NCBI GenBank assembly: GCA_963555995.3
Contig: OY821641.1
Span: forward strand, 1,248,001-1,312,000
DNA: 64,000 nt
Direction of reading: 5' to 3'
From: Vicinamibacteria bacterium
Lineage (GTDB): Bacteria; Acidobacteriota; Vicinamibacteria; Marinacidobacterales; Marinacidobacteraceae
Shown: positions 17,992-27,161 of the stretch, piece by piece
Layout of the letters: every line of letters starts with the position of its first letter
Position numbering within the stretch: the stretch's first letter is position 1
Notes under the pieces: model-generated
Seen by the model: the letters and a program-made list of their open reading frames with translations, nothing else
Databases searched by the model: none
Told to the model about the DNA's origin: nothing
Position numbers and translations under genes: made by a program

Positions 17992-19227
17992 CTAGCGCTT
18001 CCTCCACGCGAGTCTTCGTTCGTGTTCCCGCCGGACCGGCAGCGGGCCGGACGGGTTCAGTTCCACCGCGTAGCGCGGACTGAAGGTTTCGTCGGTAACG
18101 GCGGCGCGCTGAATACGATCCAGCCGGTAGGAGCGATGTCCTTGTTTCCCGATGTCGAACGCGTGCAGCACGAGGTTGTCGTCCTTGGTCTGCCGGAGTG
18201 AATAGGCCTCGACGCGCCGGACTTCGTCGCGGTAGAGCAGATCCACGCACAGGAGGTTGGCGGCCGCGAAGCGGATGATCTCCAGATGTGTCCGGGTGGA
18301 CTGCCGCAGGCGCCTGGGCAGCGTGCGGCCGCGCAGTGCAGTTTCGCCAGCGGCGAACGGGTAGGCGTCCGGGACTGGAGGAGCAACCCCGGTCTTCAGC
18401 CACACGAAGAATTCGGGGAGCGCGTCCCAGAACTGCTGCACGGGGGGCAACGCGGGGAGTTGGTGGCGGAGCATGGAATCCCAGGCGCCAGCCAACTCGG
18501 CGCGGTGAGGTTCCAGATCGGCCACTGATAGCGGTACCGATATTCCCTTGAAGCTGCACTTTTCGCTCAGCACGTCGCGCAGGACGCCGGCATCGGGGCG
18601 GGCCTCGACGTTCCGGAAGAGGTTCACGACATCGTAGAGATCACGCGCGCGTGCCCGTTCGCCAAGCGCCCTCACTTTTTCGGCGAAGGCTTCGGGGTAG
18701 GCGTACGCGGCAACCTTGATACCGCCTTCCGGCTCATCGCTGTATGGATGGTGGATCGTCAGGCGAACGGGCGCCAGCACCAGCCGTTCGTCGGCCGTCA
18801 GGTCGAGCTTGATGTTCGGAATGCTCCTCCCGCGCGGAGCGATGGGGCCGCGATAGGGGACCTTGACCCGACAGGACCAGTTGCCGCGAGGATTGCGGTA
18901 GAGGTCGAAGTCCTGGCGATCCGCGGGCAGATCGAGCCCGGTCCGCTCATAGACCCACGCTGCGACCCGCTCCAGAGAGGCCACGAGGAAGTCCCGGTCC
19001 AGGTGTGCCGGATTCCGGAGCGTGAAGTCGAGGTCCTCGGAGAAGCGGTAGGTCTCGAAGAAGCACTTCTTCAAGCACGTCCCGCCCTTGAAGATCCAGT
19101 CGTCCGCAAGCTCGGCCTGGTTGTAGATGCCCGCCAGCAACCAGCCCAGCACGTAGTCCTTCTCGACGACCTGCGGCAGGAGCGAGGTCGCGGTGGCGAT
19201 ATCCAGGATTTGGCGGCGGCCGATCAC
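17992..19227 (-). CDS. AbiEii-family nucleotidyltransferase toxin with C-terminal WYL domain
   Basis: VEKDY, FKGGTCLKKC, RFSEDLDF, AEKVRAL, RARDLYD; C-terminus RRVEAYSL...RSYRLDRI is WYL-like; GTG start overlaps the abiEi stop. Confidence 0.85.
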   Translation of the reverse strand: MIGRRQILDIATATSLLPQVVEKDYVLGWLLAGIYNQAELADDWIFKGGTCLKKCFFETYRFSEDLDFTLRNPAHLDRDFLVASLERVAAWVYERTGLDLPADRQDFDLYRNPRGNWSCRVKVPYRGPIAPRGRSIPNIKLDLTADERLVLAPVRLTIHHPYSDEPEGGIKVAAYAYPEAFAEKVRALGERARARDLYDVVNLFRNVEARPDAGVLRDVLSEKCSFKGISVPLSVADLEPHRAELAGAWDSMLRHQLPALPPVQQFWDALPEFFVWLKTGVAPPVPDAYPFAAGETALRGRTLPRRLRQSTRTHLEIIRFAAANLLCVDLLYRDEVRRVEAYSLRQTKDDNLVLHAFDIGKQGHRSYRLDRIQRAAVTDETFSPRYAVELNPSGPLPVRREHERRLAWRKR

Positions 19228-20042
19228 GTTCCACTCCGCGCAGCCCAGCTCTCCGGCGCCCACAGTCTCCAGCGAGTGATGAGCCGCGGGCACTCCCGCG
19301 CCGGATCCAGCTTGGTGTTCCCCGAGGTCAGGTGCTGGCGGCAGGATTTCAACAGTTCCGGGCCCGACGGATCGCGTTCGGCGAGAAAGCCCAGCCGCTT
19401 GAAGACCGCGCCGTTGCCGAGCCGGACGGCGTAACGGATCAGGAGGTCGTCGTCGCGGCCGTCCGACTTGAGGTAGACCGAAAGACAGTCCGCCACGTGC
19501 TGGATTCCGCCGCCGAGTTCCGGATCGGCGAGCATGTCCAGGATGGTCCGGTGCACGTCCGCCACCGCGACCCGGGTTCTGCCACGCCAGACGCTGCTGG
19601 TGCCGAAGATCTTCTCCGGGCGGACGTGCGTGAGGCTGAACTCGGCGCCGTGGCGGCGCTGGCTCTTGTGCCGCACCGTTTGAGCCGTCATGACCACGAT
19701 GTCGCGGAAGATCTGCTCGGTGAGATCCCAGTGCTCGGCGGCCGTGCGGCCACCGATGTAGGCCGGGTCAAAGAGAGGCGGCACCAGGATCCACGGATCG
19801 TCCAGCACACGGATGCTGTCGAGCGTGGTGAGTGAGGCGGGGAGGTAGACGCCGCGGGCTGCGCGCCGCAGCCATGCCTGTTTCACCCAGCGCGAGAGCA
19901 GCTTCGCAGCCTCGGCGCGCGACACCTCGAGGGCGTTCACGACGTCGGCTATCCGTACGACGTCACCGGCTTCGTTGAGTACGGCGCTGAGGCGAAGGCG
20001 CGACGCCGGAACGACGGGATCCGAGGTGGTGCTGGTTCTCAT
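19224..20042 (-). CDS. AbiEi-family type IV antitoxin / transcriptional regulator
   Basis: wHTH-like LLSRWVKQAWLRRAARGVY, YIGGRTAAEHWDLTEQ, RTILDML, GNGAVFKRLGFL. Confidence 0.85.
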   Translation of the reverse strand: MRTSTTSDPVVPASRLRLSAVLNEAGDVVRIADVVNALEVSRAEAAKLLSRWVKQAWLRRAARGVYLPASLTTLDSIRVLDDPWILVPPLFDPAYIGGRTAAEHWDLTEQIFRDIVVMTAQTVRHKSQRRHGAEFSLTHVRPEKIFGTSSVWRGRTRVAVADVHRTILDMLADPELGGGIQHVADCLSVYLKSDGRDDDLLIRYAVRLGNGAVFKRLGFLAERDPSGPELLKSCRQHLTSGNTKLDPARECPRLITRWRLWAPESWAARSGT

Positions 20043-20290
20043 TGTCGGCGAATCACGGAGACTGGGTGTGGGCTGGCAGTGGCACTTGCGTTCCGTCGCT
20101 ACTTCGGGCGTTGTGAAAACTATACAACATTGCCAGTTATTCACATTAATTGTGATATTTAGACAGCTTGACATACTCATGGGAGCGTCCTGTCCGGCTC
20201 CACACAACGGTCTATTGCCTTGACCCCCCGAATGCGGGTGGTCCGATCAGGCCGCTTCAGAGCGCGAAGCGCGCGAGTCAGCGCCTTCGA

Positions 20291-20413
20291 TCAGATGCCG
20301 AGCTCTCTCTTCAACTCGTCCGCCGTGTGCGTTCGGGCGGCGGCGCGACCCGCGATTCCTTCCGCGACCGCCCGCACCGCCTCATCGTTCAGCTCCTCCT
20401 CGTCCAGAGGCAT
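20291..20413 (-). pseudogene. Antitoxin C-terminal remnant, paralogous to 17443..17580
   Basis: MPLDEEELNDEAVRAVAEGIAGRAAARTHTADELKRELGI*; aligns by eye to 17443-17580 at DNA level. Confidence 0.55.
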
Positions 20414-20712
20414 CGCCGCCAAGGGTCGTTCTAATATCGCTTTTCAGTCAAATAGATAAACCACCATTTCACAATGATTTAGCTCGCTTTCCGCTCCTGA
20501 CGAACGCTTCCTGTCAAGGAAACCGGGGCAGTGGGCTCGGGGTTCGGACGGGAGCAACCGGCACCCGGCGGCCGCGCCGCCACCGGACCGGGAGCGGGAC
20601 GTGGTTCAGGCCGAGACTCAGCGCGATCCGCACGGATTCACCTCACCACCGGAGGGCGCCGTCGCCGCGAAGACGACCCTGCCCGACCCCCCTGCCACAA
20701 TACGCCGCCGCC

Positions 20713-23538
20713 ATGCGCCTCTCCTGGAACGAGATCCGCGCCCGCGCGGCGGCCTTCGCCCGGAAGTGGGCGGACGCCGGCTACGAGAAGGGCGAGACGC
20801 AGAGCTTCTACAACGACTTCTTCCGCATCTTCGGGGTGCGCCGGGAGTCCGTCGCCCGCTACGAGGAGCGCGTGGCGAAGCTCGACGACACCAGCGGGTT
20901 CATTGACCTCTTCTGGCCCGGCGTCCTGATCGTCGAGCAGAAGAGCGCGGGCCGCGACCTGGGGGCGGCCTACGAGCAGGCCGGAAGCTACTTCGACGCG
21001 CTCTCCGAGCGCGACCGGCCGCGCTACATCCTGGTGAGCGACTTCCGGCACTTCGAGCTCCACGACCTCCTCCAGCGGGAGGTGGCCGCCTTCCGGCTCG
21101 ACCAGTTGCCGGACCACGCGGAGAAGTTCGGTTTCATCCTCGGGGTCGAGAGCCGGACGTTCCGGGACCAGGACCCGGCGAACATCGAGGCCGCCGAGCT
21201 GGTCGGCCGGCTCCACGACTCGCTACGGGACGCCGGGTATCCGGACCACGACCTCGAACGCTTCCTGGTGCGGATCGTGTTCTGCCTGTTCGCCGACGAC
21301 ACCGGGGTCTTCGAGCCGCGCGACATCCTGCTCGACTTCGTGGAGACGCGGACCCGCCCGGACGGCACCGACCTCGGGCCGCTGCTGATGCAGCTCTTCC
21401 ACGTGCTGAACACGCCCGAAGGGGAGCGCATCGCCACCCTCGACGAGGACCTGGCCCGGTTCCCCTACGTGAACGGGGACCTCTTCGCCGACCCGATCTC
21501 GTTCCCCGCGTTCACGGCGGCGATGCGCGAGCACCTGCTCGCCGCCTGCCGGTTCAACTGGTCGAGCATCTCCCCGGCGATCTTCGGGTCGCTGTTCCAG
21601 TCGGTGATGGACCCGGAGCAGCGCCGCCAGCAGGGCGCGCACTACACCACCGAGCGGAACATCCTGAAGGTCATCGAGCCGCTCTTCCTCGACGATCTCT
21701 GGGGGGAGTTCGCCCGGATCAAGGCGCTCCGCCGCGGGCGGCTCCCGCGGCTGCGCGAGTTCCAGGAGAAGCTCGGCCAGCTCACGTTCTTCGATCCGGC
21801 GTGCGGGTGCGGAAACTTCCTCGTGATCGCCTACCGCGAGCTGCGGCGGCTGGAACTCGCAGTGCTCCGCGAACTGCTGGGGAGCGAGGAGCGGCAGGTC
21901 CTCCAGTTCGACGTGAGTTCGCTGTCCCGGCTCGACGTGGACCGGTTCTACGGGATCGAGATCGGCGAGTTCCCGGCGCGCATTGCCGAGGTGGCGCTCT
22001 GGATGATGGACCACCTGATGAACAACGAGCTCAGCCTCGAGTTCGGCCAGTCCTACGCGCGGATTCCGCTGGAGCGGTCGCCGCACATCCACTGCGGCGA
22101 CGCGCTGGAGATGGACTGGGAGGCGCTGCTGCCGGCGGAGGACTGTTCCTTCGTGTTCGGGAACCCGCCGTTCGGGGGCGCGAAGTTCCAGTCGGCGGAG
22201 CAGCGGGCGCAGGTCCGGCGGATCGCGGCGCTCGGCGGCACCGGCGGGACGCTCGACTACGTGACCGCGTGGTTCATCAGGGCAGGGGAGTACGTCGGCC
22301 GGAGCGGCCCGCCGGGCGAGCGGGCGCGGATCGGCTTCGTGGCGACGAACTCGATCACCCAGGGCGAGCAGGTGGCGCAGCTCTGGCCGATCCTGTTCGG
22401 GCGCTCGGGGCTGGAGATCGCCTTCGCGCACCGGACGTTCGCGTGGGGCTCGGACGCGCGGGGGATGGCGCACGTGCACGTGGTCATCATCGGGCTGGAC
22501 GACCGGGAGGGGGTTCCGGCGGCGCGGCGGCTGTTCTCGTACGACGACGTGAAGGGCGATCCGCACGAGAGCGCGCACGCGGTGTTGTCGCCGTATTTGT
22601 TCGATGCGGGCGGGTTGGCCGATCCGCACTTGGTGGTGCGGGAGGAGAGCCGGCCGATCAACGGTATGGCGCAGTTGGTGACAGGTACCCAGCCGCTCGA
22701 AGACGGTCACCTCACGTTCTCGGCTGACGAGAGGGCGGACTTCCTATCTCAAGAGCCGGCTGCCGCGTCCCTCCTTCGTCTGTTCCCCGGAGCACGTGAG
22801 TTCATTCGGAGTCGGACTCGTTGGATCCTTCACACTGGCGACCTGGAGCCGCAGGAACTCCGCGCGCTACCACTCGTGCGCGAGCGCCTGAGATTGGTCC
22901 GCGAGTTCCGCTCGAAGAGCAAGCGCACTACGACGAGGAAACTCGCGGACTACCCGAGCATGTACGGTGTCACCGTGGTTCCGAACGCACCCTTCCTTGT
23001 GGTGCCCCAGGTGAGTTCAGAGCGGCGCGAGTACGTGCCGATCGGTTGGTTGGAGCCTCCCACGATCCCGAGTGAAAAGCTGCGCCTCCTTCTCGATGCG
23101 TCCCTCGCTGACTTCGCTCTGCTGACCTCGGCGATGCATATGGCATGGATGCGCGCGGTCACCGGCCGAATGAAGAGCGACTACATGTATTCAGTAGGAG
23201 TCGTCTACAACACCTTCCCGTTGCCCCCGAAGGAGGCAGACCGAGCTCCGCTCGAACCGCTCGCCCAAGCCGTCCTCGACGCCCGCGCGGCCCATCCCGG
23301 CGCGACGCTCGCCGACCTCTACGACCCGGACCTGATGCCGGTGGATCTCCGCCGAGCCCACCAGGCGCTCGACCGCGCCGTGGACCGCCTCTACCGCCCC
23401 CGCCCGTTCCCCTCCGAACGCGACCGCGTCGAGCACCTCTTCACCCTCTACGAACGCCTCCGCGCCCCCCTGACCGTCGCCACCACCAAGAAAAAACGCC
23501 CCCGCCGCCGCCGAACCGTCCGGGCCTCCCCCCGCTGA
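20713..23538 (+). CDS. MmeI-family Type IIL restriction-modification enzyme (YeeA-like)
   Basis: N-terminal nuclease motif FIDLFW...VEQKS; GAHYT, FDPACGCGNFL (motif I), GNPPF (motif IV), TNSITQGEQV; C-terminal VYNTFP...LADLYDPDLMP. Confidence 0.9.
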   Translation: MRLSWNEIRARAAAFARKWADAGYEKGETQSFYNDFFRIFGVRRESVARYEERVAKLDDTSGFIDLFWPGVLIVEQKSAGRDLGAAYEQAGSYFDALSERDRPRYILVSDFRHFELHDLLQREVAAFRLDQLPDHAEKFGFILGVESRTFRDQDPANIEAAELVGRLHDSLRDAGYPDHDLERFLVRIVFCLFADDTGVFEPRDILLDFVETRTRPDGTDLGPLLMQLFHVLNTPEGERIATLDEDLARFPYVNGDLFADPISFPAFTAAMREHLLAACRFNWSSISPAIFGSLFQSVMDPEQRRQQGAHYTTERNILKVIEPLFLDDLWGEFARIKALRRGRLPRLREFQEKLGQLTFFDPACGCGNFLVIAYRELRRLELAVLRELLGSEERQVLQFDVSSLSRLDVDRFYGIEIGEFPARIAEVALWMMDHLMNNELSLEFGQSYARIPLERSPHIHCGDALEMDWEALLPAEDCSFVFGNPPFGGAKFQSAEQRAQVRRIAALGGTGGTLDYVTAWFIRAGEYVGRSGPPGERARIGFVATNSITQGEQVAQLWPILFGRSGLEIAFAHRTFAWGSDARGMAHVHVVIIGLDDREGVPAARRLFSYDDVKGDPHESAHAVLSPYLFDAGGLADPHLVVREESRPINGMAQLVTGTQPLEDGHLTFSADERADFLSQEPAAASLLRLFPGAREFIRSRTRWILHTGDLEPQELRALPLVRERLRLVREFRSKSKRTTTRKLADYPSMYGVTVVPNAPFLVVPQVSSERREYVPIGWLEPPTIPSEKLRLLLDASLADFALLTSAMHMAWMRAVTGRMKSDYMYSVGVVYNTFPLPPKEADRAPLEPLAQAVLDARAAHPGATLADLYDPDLMPVDLRRAHQALDRAVDRLYRPRPFPSERDRVEHLFTLYERLRAPLTVATTKKKRPRRRRTVRASPR

Positions 23539-23667
23539 AGAGTCCGGGAATGGCCCCCGGCGACAATCGGCCTTCAATGAGCGTCAGGCGTGGGACGCTC
23601 CGCGGAGAGGACGGACCGCAGACATTCCGCGTTGGGTCAACGGGTCCGTGGCGTCCGGCGTGAGCAC

Positions 23668-24582
23668 TCAGGTTGGATTAGGCGGTGCCGACGCGGAATG
23701 CACTTCCGCGAGGTCCTTCGAAGCGGATTTTGCATCTCGTATCGCGGTCTCAACCTCGTCAAGATTGTCCAGCCTGATCTGGGCACGGGCAGGCTCTAGA
23801 TCTTCGATGTCGAGATTCATGCGTTTGATGAAGTAGTACGCGAGCGACAGCCGCACTTCGAACTCTCGTACACCTTCGTGCATGCCGTAGTCCCGCTGGA
23901 TCGCCAAGCTCTGCTCTTCGGTCAAGCCCGGGTGCGGAGACAGCCGCAACGTGGTCTTTCGCGTCCACTGAAGATCGTGTTTCGGATCGAAGGAAACGGG
24001 TTTGAACGGCCCCAACCGCTCGATGCGCGTCAGGACGAAATCCCGGAACTCCTGCCGATCGCAGCACCATGCCCGGGCGTGCCACCGATGACCGTCAAAC
24101 GCGATTGCGTGCGGCGCGATGTCTCGCCAGCGTGAGCCGGTCAGTGACTGGTAGTGAACCGAGAGAGCCCGGCGGGTTCGAATGGCCTGGATGACCCCGC
24201 GCAGCACTTCGTCTGGGACATTCCGGCCCATTTCGGGCGCAACGTCAGCGGGCGGTATCTCGCTGAACCAGAGATCCTCGCGTCGGAGCACACCGCTCGC
24301 CCGAGCGCGAAGCTGATGCAGCAGGCGATTGGCGGAGACGCGAAGGAAGCGTGGCTTCATCTCGCTGTGGGCGACGAACCGCTTCTGCGTGGCGTCGTAC
24401 CGGATGTTGGCGCCGGCGACCTCCCTGTAGTGTCGGAGGTCGACCGAGGCCTGTGGGGTCGAGATCCCGAACTGCTCTTCGAGATCGCTGCGATTGAGGC
24501 GCCCCTCCCAGAAGAGCCGCCATTCGATGAACTCCAGGCGGGGGCGGAGGTTGCGGCCGGGAGGCCCGGTTGGATCGGACAT
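23668..24582 (-). CDS. capW: CapW-type WYL-domain transcriptional regulator
   Basis: wHTH RLEFIEWRLFWEGRLNRSDL...STPQASVDL; WYL YQSL, RWHARAWC, FRDFVLTRI; divergent from the CBASS operon. Confidence 0.82.
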   Translation of the reverse strand: MSDPTGPPGRNLRPRLEFIEWRLFWEGRLNRSDLEEQFGISTPQASVDLRHYREVAGANIRYDATQKRFVAHSEMKPRFLRVSANRLLHQLRARASGVLRREDLWFSEIPPADVAPEMGRNVPDEVLRGVIQAIRTRRALSVHYQSLTGSRWRDIAPHAIAFDGHRWHARAWCCDRQEFRDFVLTRIERLGPFKPVSFDPKHDLQWTRKTTLRLSPHPGLTEEQSLAIQRDYGMHEGVREFEVRLSLAYYFIKRMNLDIEDLEPARAQIRLDNLDEVETAIRDAKSASKDLAEVHSASAPPNPT

Positions 24583-24593
24583 GAGACAACCCC

Positions 24594-24633
24594 TATTGAT
24601 TCTTGACTGGTATATTGATTAGACTGGTATAAT
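24594..24633 (+). promoter_or_regulatory. CBASS promoter with extended -10 and tandem repeats
   Basis: TGGTATAAT at 24625-24633; GACTGGTATA at 24605 and 24622; TATTGATT at 24594 and 24613. Confidence 0.6.
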
Positions 24634-24716
24634 CCCACTACGGGTGCCGAGGATCGCGGATTTCGCGATTCAGGTCAAGTCTCGACCCTGACCATCCGTG
24701 TATCTGGAGGACGAAA

Positions 24717-25682
24717 ATGAGTCGAAATCATGTGTCGCACCGCGAAATCGCGCGGTTCGCCGCTGACCGCGTGAACCTCCCGAAGGCCAAGGCCGACGAG
24801 TACCGAGCGCAGGCGCGCAGGTTGCGTGAGAAGCTTGAGAGCTATCTCGATGGGCATCCCGACTTCACTTTGCGAAAGATGCGGCTGTCCGGCAGCTTGG
24901 CGAAGGGAACGGCGCTCCGGTCGTTGAACGACATTGACGTCGCCTGCTACGTCAGCGGGGCCGAAGCACCGACGGAGGTCGAGACGCTTCTGGAATACAT
25001 CGCCGAACGGCTGCGCCGTGCCTTTCCGAATTTTTCGCCGGACCAAGTTCAGCCGCAGACCTATTCGATTACGGTTTCGTTCAGGGGAAGCGGCCTGGAT
25101 GTCGATGTCGTGCCGATCCTCTACGATGGGGATCCGCAGTGGTACGGCAACCTCGTCAGCCAGGACGACGGTTCTTTGCTCAAGACCAGCATCCCGCTTC
25201 ACCTTGAGTTCGTCAAGAAGCGCAAGGAGGCGCAAGAGAAGGACTTCGCCCAAGTCGTGCGTCTCGCGAAGTTCTGGGCTCGTCGCTTGAAGCTCGAACA
25301 GGAAGGTTTCCGGTTCAAGTCGTTCATGGTGGAGCTGATTCTAGCCAAGCTCTGCGACGACGGCCTGGACTTCAGTGACTATCCAGAAGCGCTGCAGCAC
25401 TTCTTCACATACCTTGCCCGTACGAATCTGTGCGAGCAGATTGTGTTTTCGGATTACTACAAGCCGTCCTCGGTGGAGAAGTCCACCGATGTGATCCAGA
25501 TCGTTGATCCCGTAAACGCCGAGAACAATGTTGCCCGGCTCTACACGTCGGAAAACGCAGAGGCGATCGGCGACGCGGCTGACGACGCTGGCGACGCCAT
25601 CGATGCAGCCCTCCGGGCCCCAACCAAACAGCTGACCGTCGGCTACTGGCAGAGGGTCTTCGGCTCTTCCTTCCACGTCTGA
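24717..25682 (+). CDS. cdnC: CBASS CD-NTase, CdnC-like oligonucleotide cyclase
   Basis: SGSLAKGTALRSLNDIDV nucleotidyltransferase motif, LDVDVVP, FKSFMVEL, DPVNAENNV; recognisably like E. coli MS115-1 CdnC as recalled. Confidence 0.92.
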   Translation: MSRNHVSHREIARFAADRVNLPKAKADEYRAQARRLREKLESYLDGHPDFTLRKMRLSGSLAKGTALRSLNDIDVACYVSGAEAPTEVETLLEYIAERLRRAFPNFSPDQVQPQTYSITVSFRGSGLDVDVVPILYDGDPQWYGNLVSQDDGSLLKTSIPLHLEFVKKRKEAQEKDFAQVVRLAKFWARRLKLEQEGFRFKSFMVELILAKLCDDGLDFSDYPEALQHFFTYLARTNLCEQIVFSDYYKPSSVEKSTDVIQIVDPVNAENNVARLYTSENAEAIGDAADDAGDAIDAALRAPTKQLTVGYWQRVFGSSFHV

Positions 25683-25691
25683 GGTCATCCC

Positions 25692-26204
25692 ATGTCCTAC
25701 AGTTTCTCGGTCACTGAAAGCTCCGTCTTCACCATAACGCATGCGCGCCACATTGCCGCCAAAGTCGCCACGGACCTGAAACGATTCCAGCGGTATTACG
25801 GCTGGCCCGGGGACGTCTTGATCAACGCCTTTGAGAAGGAGGTGATCGCCTTGATGAAGGCGGGTTATCTCGAAACCGTGTGGTACGGCTTCAAGCGCGG
25901 CGGATGCTGGATTGAGCCCACACTAAAGTACACCGCGCGCGATCTGTACGGTGAATCCACGGATGACGACCCGGGGAGGATTCTTCGACGTGCCGATATT
26001 TCTGGTGCTAGCTTTTCCAGTTTCCTCACCTACAGCGCGGCTTGGTACGACCTGACGCCGAGTGCACGGGACGCATTTGAGAAGAATTTGCCGTTCCGTC
26101 GCACAGCGGCACCTGAACCAGGGGTCAGCGGTTATATGTTGCCTGATCGAACATATTCCTCGGGTTCGCGTGCGCTCGATCGGGCCAGCGTGCGAAGCTT
26201 CTGA
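25692..26204 (+). CDS. cap7: Bacterial HORMA-domain protein
   Basis: THARHIAAKVATDLKRFQ, WIEPTLKY, DDDPGRI, LPFRR, DRTYSSG; lies between the CD-NTase and the AAA ATPase. Confidence 0.9.
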   Translation: MSYSFSVTESSVFTITHARHIAAKVATDLKRFQRYYGWPGDVLINAFEKEVIALMKAGYLETVWYGFKRGGCWIEPTLKYTARDLYGESTDDDPGRILRRADISGASFSSFLTYSAAWYDLTPSARDAFEKNLPFRRTAAPEPGVSGYMLPDRTYSSGSRALDRASVRSF

Positions 26205-27151
26205 TGACAAGACCGCCGACCGTTGACGAACTCTTCGAGCGCCGGATTACCTATCCGGACATCGATCTACAGGAGCGCCTTACACGGCTTGTCGGCCTTG
26301 ATGAACACAAGAGCCGTCTGACCAAAATCCTGGGGCTTCTCGTCAACCCGGGTGGTCTTCAGGCCTGGGCGCGGGAGCACCAACCTGGAGCAGAAAACCT
26401 GATCGAGTCGGTGCTCCGGCGGCCGCCTCTCGTCGTGCTCGCCGGAGATGTGGGCTCGGGCAAGACCGAACTTGCCGAAACTATCGGCGACGCCGTGGCG
26501 CGCCAGGAGAGGATTGAAATCACGCTGCTGCCGCTGAGCTTGTCGGCTCGGGGACAGGGGCGGGTCGGCGAAATGACGCAGCTGCTCTCAGCGGCTTTTG
26601 AAATCACGGTAGCGGAAGCTTCCAAACGGAAGTGCACGTCGGGATGTGCACGTGGCGCGGTCATCCTACTCGTCGATGAGGCGGATGCGCTCGCACAGTC
26701 GAGAGAGGCGTCGCAGATGCATCACGAAGACCGCGCGGGCGTCAACGCGTTTATCCGCGGCATTGACCGGATCGCCAATGCCAGATTGCCTGCAGCAGTA
26801 ATCATGTGCACAAACCGTCTCGATGCCCTGGACCCAGCCGTGCGCCGTCGGGCGGCGGACATCCTCGCGTTCTCCCGGCCGACCGAAGAGCAACGCATGG
26901 TCATTCTGAAGACCGGCCTCGGGCCGATCGGAATGGCCGGCGAGCATATCGACGCGCTAGTCGAAGCGACCGGGCCGATCCAGGGCCGGTGTGAGCACGG
27001 TTTCACTTTCTCCGATCTTCTGCAGCGGTTGCTACCGACGCTCGTTCTCGACGCGTATCCCTCGGGTCCCATTGATGGTGAGCGAGCTGTCCAAATCGCG
27101 CGCGCAATGCGACCGACGCCCCCTTTCCGGGGCACGAGTGGAGCCGTATGA
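26204..27151 (+). CDS. cap6: Trip13/Pch2-like AAA+ ATPase
   Basis: Walker A GDVGSGKT, Walker B LLVDEAD, HHEDRAGVNAFI, TNR, DPAVRRR. Confidence 0.9.
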   Translation: MTRPPTVDELFERRITYPDIDLQERLTRLVGLDEHKSRLTKILGLLVNPGGLQAWAREHQPGAENLIESVLRRPPLVVLAGDVGSGKTELAETIGDAVARQERIEITLLPLSLSARGQGRVGEMTQLLSAAFEITVAEASKRKCTSGCARGAVILLVDEADALAQSREASQMHHEDRAGVNAFIRGIDRIANARLPAAVIMCTNRLDALDPAVRRRAADILAFSRPTEEQRMVILKTGLGPIGMAGEHIDALVEATGPIQGRCEHGFTFSDLLQRLLPTLVLDAYPSGPIDGERAVQIARAMRPTPPFRGTSGAV

Positions 27152-27161
27152 GGACGCACAA

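Noticed and set aside
26991-27161. N-terminal extension of the SAVED effector
   Set aside because: Overlaps the Trip13 gene; the RBS and operon spacing support ATG 27162
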